NCBI GenBank assembly: GCA_030390025.1 | Contig: CM059432.1 | Location: forward strand, 3,844,001 to 3,908,000 | DNA: 64,000 nucleotides | Direction of reading: 5' to 3' | Source of the DNA: Squalus acanthias | Taxonomy: Eukaryota | Shown here: positions 1-12,230 of the stretch, piece by piece | Layout of the letters: each line of letters begins with the position of its first letter | Position numbering within the stretch: the stretch's first letter is position 1 | The notes under the pieces: model-generated | Told to the model about the DNA's origin: nothing | The model's database searches: none | The model's input: the letters and a program-made list of their open reading frames with translations, nothing else | Translations under genes and position numbers: made by a program

Positions 1-1240
1 CCAGGACCACTCAGCCTCAGACCTCATTACAGCCTTGTTCCAACATGGACAAAAGAGCTGAATTCCAGAGGTGAAGCGAGAGTGACTGCCCTTGACATCA
101 AGGCAGCAGTTGACCAAGTGCGGCATCAAGGAGCCCTAGTAAAACTGAAGTCAATGGGAATCAGGGGGAAAACTCTCCACTGGCTGGAGTCATACCTAGC
201 ACAAAGGAAGATGGTTGTGGTTGTTGGAGGCCAATCATCCCAGCCTCAGGACATCGCGACAGGAGTTCCTCAGGGCAGTGTCCTCGGCCCAACCATCTTC
301 AACTTTTTCATCAATGACCTTTCCTCCATCATAAAGGTCAGAAATGGGGATGTTCGCTAATGATTGCACAGTGTTCAGCGCCATTCACAACTCCTCAGAT
401 AATGAAGCAGTCCGTGCCCGCATGCAGCAAGACCTGGATGACATTCAGGCTTGGGCTGATAAGTGGCAGGTAACATTCACACCACAGAATTGCCAGGAAA
501 TGACCATCTCCAATAAGAGCAAGTCTAACCACCACTCCTGGACATTCAATGGCATTACCATCGCCGGAGTCCCCACCATCAACATCCTGGGGGGTCACCA
601 TTGTCCAGAAACTTAACTGGACCAGCCACATAAATACTGTGGCAACAAGAGCAGGTCAGATGCTGGGTATTCTGCGGCGAGTGTCTCACCTCCTGGCTCC
701 CCAAAGCCTTTCCACCATCTACAAGGCACAAGTCAGGAATGTGATGGAATACTCTCCACTTGCCTGGATGAGTACAGCTCCAATAACACTCAAGAAGCTC
801 GACATCATCCAGGACAAAGCAGTCCACTTGATCGTAACCCCATCTACCACCTTAAACATTCACTCCCTCCACCACCGGCGCACCGTGGCTGCAGTGTGCA
901 CCATCTACAAGATGTACTGCAGCAACTCGCCAAGGCTTCTTCGGCAGCACCTCCCAAACCCGCGACCTCTACCACCTAGAAGAGCAGCAGGCGCATGGGA
1001 ACACCACCACCTCCAGGTTCCCCTCCAAGTCACACACCATCCTGACCTAGAAGTATATCGGCCGTTCCTTCATCTTCACTGGGTGAAAATCCTGGAACTC
1101 CCTCCCTAACAGCACCATGGGAGTACCTTCACCACACGGACTGCAGCGGTTCAAGGCGGCTCACCACCACCTTCTCAAGGGCAATTAGAAATGGGCAATA
1201 AAAGATGCCCATGACCCATGAGTGAATAAATTAAACAAAA
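1..1240 (+). mobile_element. CR1-group LINE ORF2 3' part (family B), frameshifted RT plus 3' UTR
   Basis: ALDIKAAxDxV, GVPQGSVLGP and FAND(=FADD) motifs are split over three frames (82-1109). The same 3' end recurs at about 12911-13255, 18598-19001 and 46245-46545 (minus). Confidence 0.85.
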
Positions 1241-1674
1241 ATTGATGTTGACCGGATAATCTTTTTTTTTGTGATGTTGGTTGAGGGATAAATTTTGGCA
1301 AGAACACCAGGGAAAACTCCCCTGCTCTTCTTCCAAAATACTGGCATGGGATCTTTTACATCCACCTGAGAGAGCCGATGGGTTTAACATCTCATCTGAA
1401 AGACGGCACCTCCACCAGTGCAGAAGTCTCTCAGCACTGCACTGGGAGTGGTGGCTTAGACTTTGCGCTCAAGTCTCTGGAGCAGGACTTGAACCCACGT
1501 CTTTCTGACTCAGAGGCGAGGGTGCTGCCCACGAAAGCACAACTGACTGTATTATAGCCAGTACATGATTCATGGCACTAGCTGTGTGGGTACAGGAGCC
1601 GAGGACAACACCACTGCTTTGAACACAGAGACATTGTGAGCCTTGTGCCTCCCGCTAATGCTTCAGACATAAGA

Positions 1675-2102
1675 AAAAAAGAAAGACTTGCATTTCTCCA
1701 GCGTCTTTCACGACCACCGGACGTCCCAAAGCGCTTTACAGCCAATGAAGTACTTTTTGAAGTGTAGTCACTGTTGTAATGTAGGAAACGCAGTAGCCAA
1801 TTTGCGCACAGCAAGCTCCCACAAACAGCAATGTGATAATGACCAGATAATCTGTTTTTGTTATGTTAGTTGAGGGATAAATATTGGCCCCAGGACACCG
1901 GGGAGAACTCCCCTGCTCCTCTTCGAAATAGTGCCGCGAGATCTTTTACATCCACCTGAGAGAGCAGACGGGGCCTCGGTTCAACATCCTATCCGAAAGA
2001 CGCCACCTCCGACAGTGCAGCGCTCCCTCAGTACTGCACTGGGAGTGTCAGCCTAGCTTTATGTGCTTCAAGTCCCTGGATTGAGTCTTGAACCCACAAC
2101 CT
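1675..2102 (-). mobile_element. Deu-domain tRNA-derived SINE (SacSINE1/AmnSINE1-like)
   Basis: Minus strand carries GCTGTGCGCAAATTGGCT...CCTACATTACAACAGTGACTACACTTC, the recalled Deu core, and a TCTTTCTT tail. A partial copy lies at about 1250-1548. Confidence 0.8.
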
Positions 2103-2189
2103 TAAGGGGAAGATGTTGGGTCAGTGTGATGATGCAGGGCAGTGGCGATGGGGAAAACTTGAAAAACGTCCAATTTCATTCAGATAATC

Positions 2190-3141
2190 TAGAGGTTCCC
2201 AAACTGTGGTACACGCACACCAGGGACTACGCGAGACATCTTTGGGGTGGGTGCACGGGAGAAATTGTCTAATGGTAGATTTCATTTAGTAATTATTTTA
2301 TTTATGTATTGCATTTTTATGATAGGCTACTCAGATGAAGCTTTAAAACTCTGTGGGAATTTGTCAGATAAAGTAGTTAATTTACTTCAAGATGTTCCAA
2401 TGAGAACACAGATAGACAGGGACAGTGAGATACCGAGCACTCACCTCCAATCACCTACGTAAACTTGAGGTCATCCAAAACTCTGCTGCCCCGTGTCCTA
2501 ACTCGCACCAAGTCCTGTTCACCCAGCACCCCTGTGCTCGCTGACCTACACTGGCTCTCGGTTAAGCAAGGCCTTGATTTCAAAATTCTCATCCTTGTTT
2601 TCAAATCCCTCCATGGCCTCACCCCTCCCTATCTCTGTAACCTCCTTCAGCCCTACAACGCGCCCCCCCCCCACCCCCACCCCGAGATCTCTGCGCTCCT
2701 CTAATTCTGTCCTCTTGAGCATTCCTGATTTTAATCGCTCAACCATTGGTGGCCTTGGCCCTAAGCTCTGGAATTCCCTGCCTAAACCTCTCCGCCTCTC
2801 CACTTCTCTCTCTCCTCCTTTAAGACGCTCCTTAAAACCTACCTCTTTGACCAAGATTTTGGTTCACCTGCCCTAATTTCTCCTTATGTGGCTCGGTGTC
2901 AAATGTTTTGTCTTTTAATACTCCTGTGCAGCGCCTTGGGACGTCTTACTGCGTTAAAAGCGCTATATAAATACAAGTTGTTGTTGTTGTACATTGTATA
3001 TGTGTATTATAGTTTGTACATTTTGAACAATGCTTGGGTATTAAAGAGGTTAAAATATTAAAACTGTGTGCCGATAGGGGTACGCGAGCAGCTGGCAGAC
3101 TTGGAAGGGGATACGCAATATGTAAAGTTTGGGAACCTCTG
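2190..3141. mobile_element. hAT-like non-autonomous DNA element interrupted by an L2 fragment
   Basis: Terminal inverted repeats (T)AGAGGTTCCCAAACT ... AGTTTGGGAACCTCTG. No clean 8-bp TSD. Confidence 0.6.
2452..2990 (+). mobile_element. L2 LINE 3' fragment
   Basis: TPVLADLHWL...DFKILILVFKSLHG motif, ending AGCGCTATATAAATACAAG(TTG)n. Confidence 0.85.
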
Positions 3142-3279
3142 ATTGATAATCGAACTGTAAAATAGCCTGCGGATTATCGCTTGGGTCTGAATTTCAAACT
3201 TTAAGCAGTCGGGGCGATTCCTTGAGGTATTACTCTTTTAATGGCAAGAAGGGAATCTATGTGAGAAATTCTCTTTTAA

Positions 3280-3680
3280 AAGAAGGCCAAGAGGAGATTT
3301 GATAGAGGTGTTTAAAATCATGAAGAGTTTAGACAGAATAAATAAAGAGAAACTGTTTCCAGTGGCTGAAGGGTCAATGACCAGAGGGCACAGATTTAAG
3401 GCGATTGGCAAAAGAACCAGAGGCGACATGAGGAAAAACCTTTTTATGCAACGAGTGGTTAGGATTTGGAATGCGCTGCCTGATAGGGCGGTGGATACAG
3501 ATTCAATTGTGGCTTTCAAAAGGGAATTGGATAAATACTTGGAAGGAGAAAAAATTGCAGGGATATGGGGAAAGAGCGGGGGGGGAGTGGGACTAACTGG
3601 ATTGCTCTTCGAAAGAGCTGGCACAGACTTGATGGGCTGAATGGCCTCCTTCTGTGTTGTACTGTTCTAGGATCCTATGA
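3280..3680 (+). mobile_element. CR1 3' fragment
   Basis: IEVFKIMK...TRGH...FMQRVVRIWNALP motif with CR1-type 3' tail. Confidence 0.85.
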
Positions 3681-4600
3681 AATCTAATCTGCAGTCTTAT
3701 TGTGACTTTTAACTAGATCAGTGAGCACAAGGTAATAATATTTTCTTTTAAGTGTACCTTTGGATTTCCACCGGCAATTCATCCACAGTCATTAATATTG
3801 TTGATATGTTCTACTTGATTTCTGAGTCACAATTTTTTTATTACGTCTCATAGACACTGAGGAGTTGAAAACCTTCACTGAGTCAGAGATACGACGCACA
3901 TATAATAGATTCTTCCATCGAGAGCCTGGCTCACCAGGAGGGCTGAATTATATAATTGACCCTTTGCAGCTAAAGCGGGGATTACGCGCTGCCTACACAT
4001 TTCAGAAGATGACTTCCTGCTGTTACCGCCTTTTACTAACATTAAAGAAAGAGCTTTGCATTTCACGGAATCATAGAATGGGTACAGCACGGAAGGAGGC
4101 CATTCGGCCTGTCGAGCCCGTGCCGGCTCTCTGCAAGAGCACTTCATCTAGTCCCACTCCACCCCCCCCCTTTCCCCATAGCCCTGCAAATCTTTTTCCT
4201 GCAGGTACTTATCCAATTCCCTTTTGAAAAAGCCACTATTGAATCTGCCTCCACCACCCTTTCAGGCAGTACATTCCAGATCATAGATACATAGATACAT
4301 AGAAGATAGGAGCAGGAGTAGGCCATCCGGCCCTTCGAGCCTGCTCCGCCATTTAATGAGATCATGGCTGATCCTTCAATTCAGTATCCCGTCCCCGCCT
4401 TCTCTCCGTAACCCTTAACCCCTTTTGCCTGTAGAAATATATCTAATTCCCTCTTAAATATATTTAATGAGCTGGCGTACACTGCCCTCTGTGGCAATGA
4501 GTTCCACAGGTTCACCACTCTCTGAGTGAAGAAATTCCCCCTCATAACCACTCGCTGCGTAAAAAAGTTTCTCCTCATGTCGCCTTTGGTTCTTCTGCCA

Positions 4601-6309
4601 TGTAAGGTTTCCAAAATTTACAGATCCCCAAAACCTAAGGAAAAAGGACTTTGGAACTACCTCAGAGTGATAAAAATGCATTTGGGCCTAACCTAAGGAA
4701 TATAAGACCAAAACCCAAGTTTGGGCATTTTAAAAACATGTCTGGGCCTGTAAAGGGAGAAAAGGCTGTGAAGGAAGGTGGGGCGACCTCTGTAAAAGCA
4801 GTTTTGGGTATTGCAGTTAATTGCAATGTCTGGGGAACCGGGATGACCTCACTTAAAAAGCCCCAGCATGCATTAACATTTTGACAATAGACCCTAGGAG
4901 GAGACAGTCCCACCCAAAACAACAGGTCCCATCAAACCGATTACAGGGCCCATCAGGAAACATGCATAATACAGAGCACCCAGGACTGGGCTATAGATCA
5001 GCCTAGGAACACAAAACACAAAACCAATCACCAGCAATCAGCCAAGAAGATCGACAGGATGCAAACCATCCCAAAAACCCATTTGACACTTACAGAGCAG
5101 TTACTGGTAGCAGGCCTGCCAAATTCAGACAATGAACTGAACAGATTTGGTGGGTAGATAAGGCCATATTCAATGGATCAGATTGAAGGCCTGTTAAAAC
5201 CCAGTTAACGTGCTAGTAAATCGTTACCGATTTATGAGCCCGCCAAAACTAGACAATGAACTGAACAGATTTGGCGGGTAGATAAGGCCACTTCAATTCT
5301 GTATAATTGAAGGCCCACCAAGCACACACCAAGCTAGCAAGAAGAGAGAGAAACACCACAGTTCAAAGTCGTTGGGTCGAGCAGTCAGTCGCAACCGATG
5401 GTCATCAGAAGGAGGAGAGACCAAGAAGAAGAAGGCCCGAGCTGGAAGCGAGTCGGCATCGCTCACCACTCAGACACACCTGAGTCCAGCTCGCGAAGAC
5501 ACCACCTCGACGGACCTCCAACAACGGTCCCAACACAGTCACCCGGAGCAACAAGCAGCAACCAGTCACCGACGGCTCCACGAAGTCGACCGACACACCA
5601 ACCAAGGCCTAAAGCCATCGCGGAAACGAAAGGCCTCACGAAACCAACAACCGCGCATTACCCCCAACTGACCGGGTAATCGCAGGCCACCGCGACCAAC
5701 AAAGACCAACTCCAGGGAAGAAAACCCGAAGAATCGCAAAGTTTCCACACTAAAAACTACTCCTGACTTACCCCTGGGTAAGATTTTCCCCAAAGACTCT
5801 CAGCCCTACTGCTGAACTAAAGAAATTGGGTACTCACCAGATAAATCCATAACGACATCCTACCGCATCAGCGGACTCACGAAGACTGACCAGAGACCCA
5901 GGTGAATTCCTCTACCGCGTACGGGGTACGGCAGACACTAACCGCCATAAACAGCGAACCCCAAAACCGCGATTTAGCCCAACTGTCAAAGGATTGGTGA
6001 GCATTATCCCTGGTCCTTCAAAACCTAACTTAGCTAGTAAAGTGGGGTTGGGAGGGGTGAAGTATTGTTCTACTGTCATTTCCCTCGCTTGTACCGAAGT
6101 GTTCCCCACCTTTAGAGTGATAAGAGTGTTATTATTTGTGTCTTACCTTTTAATAAAGATTGAAGTTCTTTCATCAAACTCAGTTGTCTGCTGCACTTTT
6201 TGTATCACAACCCCCAAATAAGTCCAAGGTCTAGAACCAAGGGAATGGGAGCGATTCGAACCGCTCGGAAGTCAGAGGTGAAGCTGACACAAAACCAACA
6301 CCCTCTACA
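4601..6309 (+). mobile_element. Solo LTR 1 (1709 bp; ERV or Gypsy)
   Basis: TGTA...TACA termini, 4-bp TSD GCCA (4597-4600 and 6310-6313), TATAA at 5302, AATAAA at 6152, and a duplicated 40-bp block upstream of the TATA. Confidence 0.8.
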
Positions 6310-6334
6310 GCCAATCACCTTAAATCTGTGTCCT

Positions 6335-7473
6335 TGTGAAGGAATAAGCCATATACCTATTCAGAAAAATACACCATTCTATGAAAGAATTCTGGCCTTA
6401 TTAAAACATGACAAACTGGGTTTGGAAATCTAAAAGCCTAACAATGGAGAAGTTGTATTGTTAACAGCATACAGGCTATTGAGATAAGATAGTTGTTGAC
6501 ACTGAATCAATAACCTTATTGAAGCGGAAGGTTGAAGGCTCCCGACGGTCTGAATCTTTGGGAGCAGACAATGGTTCACCCTGTATAAGGTGTTCTAATT
6601 TACACTTCGTAAAAAGAGCACAAACAGAAGGCCTTAGTAAAAATTACATCAAATAGAAACACCTGCTGTCACACTGTTTTTATGGTAAGCTTAGGGCACC
6701 TAGGGTAGAGACACGATTCTTAATGCTACCAGCTGAGGTGACTAAGAATTGCAGGGGTCAGCAGAAAAATGACTAGAGATAATTAGCTTACATCAGCAGA
6801 AAACCTTAAAGGAATACCACTGGAAAAGGGTATAAATATTGAACTCTCAAATAGGATACTAGATTCGCTGTAAAGGGGCAAAGCGATTCTCAGGCTTCAG
6901 AGGCGGCTCTGTAAGTCTACAACTCTTTGTACCTCAGGGATCAAAAAGGTACTGTATTTGATTTTGGTGGATATCCTGAATAAGACTAAGAACTGTAAAA
7001 CTGTAGCGAAGTTAAGATTTGAGAGTAAGGATCTCTGATAATAGAATTGTAAGCTTTCTGTTTTTGGAACTGTTAATGTTGCGATTGAATCACCAACTGT
7101 AAATTACATGTCGGTTCTTTAATAAATATATATATTTTTAGAATTGTCTCACATAATACTTCTGTATCAATCTCGCAAACTCAATCTCTGTACGCTCTTT
7201 GGTGAGGAGTTGCAGAATTCTGGGGGAGTTTTCTGGACCCTCATAATATCCGGAAGGTTACAGTCTAGTTAAACTTATTAAAAGTGCTATCTGGAGGACG
7301 GTAACATTTTCAGGTTGTCCCTTTCCTTTAGGGAGAGATGGTCCAGACCTTTAGACCCAATTAAGCGTCTTTAGGATTCGGCGACCTCAAACTTTCGTTG
7401 AAAGTGAACGTCTGGGGAATACGCCTGATCCGGGGTAGCCCTAAAGGGGCTAGGACTAGTAATTATCCCTTCA
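6335..7473 (+). mobile_element. Solo LTR 2 (1139 bp; apparently a different family)
   Basis: TG...CA termini with imperfect inverted repeat TGAAGGAATAA / TTATCCCTTCA, 4-bp TSD TCCT (6331-6334 and 7474-7477), TATAAA at 6831, AATAAA at 7121. Confidence 0.8.
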
Positions 7474-8078
7474 TCCTCTGGTTCTCGACCTTTACACCAA
7501 TGGGAACAGTTTCTCTATCTACCCTGTCTAGACCCCTCATGATTTTGAACACCTCTATCAAATCTCTTCTCAACCTTCTCTGCTCCAAGGAGAACAACCC
7601 CAGCTTCTCCAGTATAGCCATGTAACTGAAGTCCCTAATTCCTGGAATCATTCTCGTAAATCTTTTCTGCACCCTCTTCACATCCTTCCTAAAGTCCCAG
7701 AATTGGACACAATACTCCAGTTGAGGCTGGACCTGTGTTTTATAAAGATTCCTTTAGGAGCCTTGTTAACTGTTCAACAATTGAGTTAGTCACATTATTG
7801 CTGGTCTTTTCTGATTTGTGTTAGAACCAGAGCCGACATGAGGAAACATTTTTTACGCAGCGAGTTGTTATGATCTGGAACACGCTGCCTGAAAGGGCGG
7901 TGGAAGCAGATTCAATAGTAACTTTCAAAAGGGCAATTGGATAAATACTTGAAATGGAAATAATGTGCAGGACTATGCGGAAAGAGCAGGGGGGAGTGGG
8001 ACTAATTGGAGAGCTCGACCAAAGAGCCAGCACAGGCACGATGGGCCGAATGGCCTCCTCCTGTGCTGTGTGATTCTA

Positions 8079-8971
8079 GGGGGTAAAAATTCACTTGGTT
8101 GCGCCTCCCGTTAGCGCCTTAAGAGGGCGCTAATGGGGCGCAAAGCCGTTAACGCCCGGGCGCAGCGATGTTTGCGCCGCTCGAGAACTTAACTTGAGAT
8201 TGTGCGGCGGCGCTAAAACTTACCGCTGCGACCACCTGCGCGCGCAGATTGTGACGTCATTCCATGGTGCAACGCCCTTGTGGCGCCCCGTAGCGGAAAT
8301 TGAGTGGCGCCCCCTGCCTTACCGCCTGGCGCTTCCAACGACCAGAAGACTGGAACGCTATCAATCGCTGTGGGGCTGGGGGGGCGCTATTTAAAGGGGG
8401 CCTCTTCCTGTCTTTTATTGTTGGTGGCATTTTTGAACTACGCATTCTGAGAGAGAGAGGGAGAGACTTCTGGAGAGATTCAACGTTGTGTGAAGGAGTT
8501 TTGGGTACTGAGCAGCACTTTGCAGGTTCATTTTGATTTGCCATTCCTTGTATCGATTTAGCAGAGACTGTGGGAGCTGCACTCTGAGCTCTTTGCCTGG
8601 TACGCTCCATTGTTCTTTCCAGCACATTTGATGTGCAGGTCTCTCCAGGCCGAGATTCAAGGCAGCAATGAACAGGATGTGGATGGAAAGCAAGATTAAC
8701 CATCCCCTTTAAGAACTGGCCCGTGCCATTGTGTGTGTGTTCCATTGCTGACTGACATTACATGAGCTTCGCCAGCGCTCCGAGTTAGCGCCTCACTGCT
8801 CGGCCTTTGCGCCTTAAGAGAGGTGTGCAGCGCCTGCTTTAGCGCTCCACTCACCTCCCGGGGCGGTAAAAGTGAAGTTTCCTGTCAGTGCCGATAATTA
8901 GCGCCAGGCGCTAATATTTGCGTCCGGACGATATTTGCGCCCCAAATGGGGCGCGACCTAATTTCTACCCC
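8079..8971. mobile_element. Harbinger-like MITE, family H1
   Basis: TIRs GGGGTAAAAATT / AATTTCTACCCC with GGCGC-rich subterminal repeats. A colinear copy lies at 34595-35487. Confidence 0.75.
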
Positions 8972-9369
8972 ATGGATTATAAAAATTCCCATCTTGCAAA
9001 CGTCATGATGAAAATCACATGTTTCTAGGAACCTGTTAAAAAGTCAGTACAAAGCAAGTGTTACTCATCCCACTTACGATTTGCACAACGATTTGCACAA
9101 AGAAAAGGATTTCAATCCCGCTCACTACTCACCTTTAAAAAACCTTACACACCTTACTGATATTGAAACGCACAATGCATCGCAGAGATATTTGTTGCAC
9201 TATTTACCTATCGTCTTTTGAAACCTGTTCACATTGCAGATAACGCGGTTTGTTCTCCCCTCCCCAACACCTCTTATTCTCAATAACAACATTACAAATT
9301 ATTTTTTGTACCTCACAGGGCCAATTTACACCATTTGCTTAAGACACAGAAATTTTATTTGATTCTCGT

Positions 9370-10497
9370 TCTTGTTTTCAAATCCCTCCATGGCCTCGCC
9401 CCCTCCCTATCTCTATAACCTCCTCCAGCCCCACAACACCTCCCCCCCACCCCGAGATCTCGGCGCTCCTCTAATCCTGGCCTCTCGCGCATCCCCGATT
9501 TTAATCGCTCCACCATTGGTGGCCTTGCCTTCAGCTACCTGGGCCCTAAGCTCTGGAATTCCCTCCCTAAACCTCTCTACCTCTCTCCTCTTTTAAGACG
9601 CTCCTTAAAACCTACGGCCGGAATTTTCTCAAGGGAGGCTGGCTGGGGGTGGGGGGGGGGGGGGGGGGGGGGTGGGGGAGGCGGTGGGGGCGGGGGGTGT
9701 CTGAGGCGGGCGGGAAACGCGGGAAGCCGGGTTTCCCGCTGGCCCTGCCGACTTTAACGGCAGGGCCTCATGTGAGGCCTTGGTTTCCTGCCCGCAGCCA
9801 GCCAGATGGAGAGGCTGGCCGCGGGCGGGTAGGCCTGCAGCTGCAGAGAGGGAGCGAGGATTCGGTCCGGGGGAAGGATGGGGTGTGGGGAGCAGGGGGG
9901 AGGGCCATCGGGGCTGGCCTCAGCATCATCGGTGGGGTTGGGGGGTGGGGGGCGTTGGGGAGGCTTCATAGTGGGGATCGGAGGCCTCGTGGTGGGGTCT
10001 CCGATTGCTGGGGGCAGGGACCCTGGATCCAGGAGGTAGGTATAAAGCCACTTACCTCCTGGGTGCAGCAGACCCTGCCTTGGGTTAACTGCTGGGAAAC
10101 CCGTCTGCATGCAGTTAAATTCAAAACGGGGGGGAAAAATGGGATTTCCAGCCTCATTACAATAATTAAATGGACGTCCCGCCTCCTGGGAGCGGGTTGG
10201 TCGCCCGCCCCCCGTCCCGCCTCCGTTAAAACCGGAAGTGGGTGGGTTGGAGGCGGGAATCCCATTTTTAACAATTTAACTAAACCCCACACTCCAAACC
10301 AACCCCTTTTGTGGTTGGGGGAGCGGGGGGGGAGGAAATTCCTGCCTACATCTTTGACCAAGCCTTTGATCAACTGTCCTAACATCTCCTTCTGTAACGG
10401 CTCATGTAAGATGTTGTTTGATAATCGCTCCTGTGAAGAGCCTCGGGATGTTTTACAACAGTAAAGGTACAATATACATGGAAGCTCTTGTTGTTGT
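9370..10497 (+). mobile_element. L2 3' fragment split by a MITE
   Basis: L2 sequence aaaacctac|...tctttgaccaagc rejoins across 9616-10346. Confidence 0.75.
9616..10346. mobile_element. Harbinger-like MITE
   Basis: TIRs GGCCGGAATTT / AAATTCCTGCC and 3-bp TSD TAC. Confidence 0.75.
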
Positions 10498-10499
10498 TC

Positions 10500-10820
10500 A
10501 CAGCCAATGAAGTACTTTTTGAGTGTAGTCACTGTTGTAATGTAGGAAACGCGGCAGCCAATTTGCACACAGCAAGCTCCCACAAACAGCAATGTGATAA
10601 TGACCAGATAATCTGTTTTTAGTGATGTTAATTGAGGGATAAATATTGGCCCAGGACACTGGGGGAGATCTCCCCGGCTCTTCTTCAAAATAGTGCCGTG
10701 GGATCTTTTACGTCTACCTGAGAGAGCAGACGGGGCCTCGGTTTAACGTCTCATCTGAAAGACGGCACCTCCGACAGTGCAGCGCTCCCTCAGCGCTGCA
10801 CTGGGAATGTCAGCCTAGCT
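10500..10820 (-). mobile_element. DeuSINE fragment
   Basis: Matches the other SINE copies in the window. Confidence 0.8.
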
Positions 10821-11269
10821 GTAAGCTCCAGTTAAGAGATAGGATCATTAGTGACCAATCCAAGATGATCAATTCTATCATGGGTATCCTTTCCAAGGTG
10901 CCATTCAACTGGACGTATATGTGTCAGAATGTATAATTGTCAGACGTCAATTAATTTGATGAAAGGCAGAAATCCAATTACTTTCTACACTTTCCTTCTT
11001 GCTAGTGTCCAGGTCATTACAAGGACAGCAGGATTTTCTTCATCGTTAGTTTTATTTGCAAGATCTAAAGCACATTCATCAATCCGCTTGTCTACAATCT
11101 TGACAGGTTTACAAGTCATTCAGACTCAAGTAGAATCTGGCATTACTATCTTGAGTCTTAAGCTAGTCCCTCAAGCTCCTAACCATCTCTGAAGCCCTTG
11201 ACTTTAACTTTGCAAGCACCAGCACAGATAGAATTACAAAGAGACCCCTAGATAGCTCTTTTCAGGGAA

Positions 11270-12230
11270 AAGCAAGAGCTTACATTTATATAGCGCTTTT
11301 CACAACCTCAGGACTTCCCAAAGCGCTTTTCAAGTGTAGTCAGAGGCAGTTCAGAGACGATTCACTAGGTTAATTCCAGAGATGAGGGGGTTGACTTATG
11401 AGGAAAGGTTGAGCAGGTTGGGCCTATACTCATTGGAATTTAGAAGAATGGGATGTGATCTAAACGAAACATATAAGATACTGAGGGGGCTCGACAAGGT
11501 AGATGCAGAGAGGATGCTTCCCCTCGTAGGGGAAATCTAGAACTCGGGGGCATAGTTTCAGAATAAAGGGTCGCCCTTTTAGAACTGAGATGAGGAGGAA
11601 TTTCTTCTCTCAGAGGGTCGTAAATCTGGGGAATTCTCTGCCCCAGAGAGCCTGTGGAGGCTGGGTCATTAAATACATTTAAGGTGGAGATAGACAGATT
11701 TTTGCAAGATAAGGGAGTGAAGGGTTATGGGGAGCGGACTGGGAAGTGGCTTTGAGCCCAAGATCAGCCACGATCTTATTGAATGGCGGAGCAGGCTTGA
11801 GGGGCCAAGTGGCCTATTCCTGCTCCTATTTCTTATGTTATATTCTTATGTTCACTGTTGTAATGTAGGAAATGCGGCAGCCAATTTGCGCACAGCAAGT
11901 TCCCACAAACAGCAATGTGATAATGACCAGATAGTCTGCTTTAGTGATGTTGATTGAGGGATAAATATTGGCCAGGAAACCGGGGATAACCCCCCCTGCT
12001 CTTCTTCGAAATAGTGCCATGGGATCATTTACGTCCACCTGAGAGAGCAGACGGGGCCTCGGTTAAACATCTCATCCAAAAGACGGCACCTCAGACAGTG
12101 CAGCGCTCCCTCAGCACTGCACTGGGAGTGTCAGCCTGGATTTTTGTGCTCAAGTCTCTGGAGTGGGACTTGAACCCACAATTTTCGGAATCAGAGGGAA
12201 GGGTGCTACCCACTGAGTCACGGCTGACAT
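11270..12230 (-). mobile_element. DeuSINE interrupted by a + strand CR1 3' fragment (about 11342-11852)
   Basis: SINE sequence gtgtagtca|...|ctgttgtaatg rejoins, and the insert has CR1 motifs and a TTCTTATG tail. Confidence 0.75.

Larger units (their letters stand above)
4069..7745 (-). mobile_element. CR1 3' fragment hosting a nested CR1 piece (about 4283-4545) and two solo LTRs
   Basis: The host sequence can be rejoined across the inserts: ...ggttcttctGCCA|atcaccttaaatctgtgTCCT|ctggttctcgacc... Confidence 0.8.

Noticed and set aside
5372..5679. Accessory-protein ORFs inside LTR 1
   Set aside because: Short, low-complexity frames in T-poor sequence with no recognisable domain.
4601..7473. 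One provirus with 5' and 3' LTRs
   Set aside because: The two LTRs show no evident similarity, each has its own TSD, and the 25-bp spacer is host CR1 sequence.
9649..10688. 271-aa and 240-aa ORFs as host genes
   Set aside because: They run across GC-rich MITE, L2 and SINE sequence with no domain signature.
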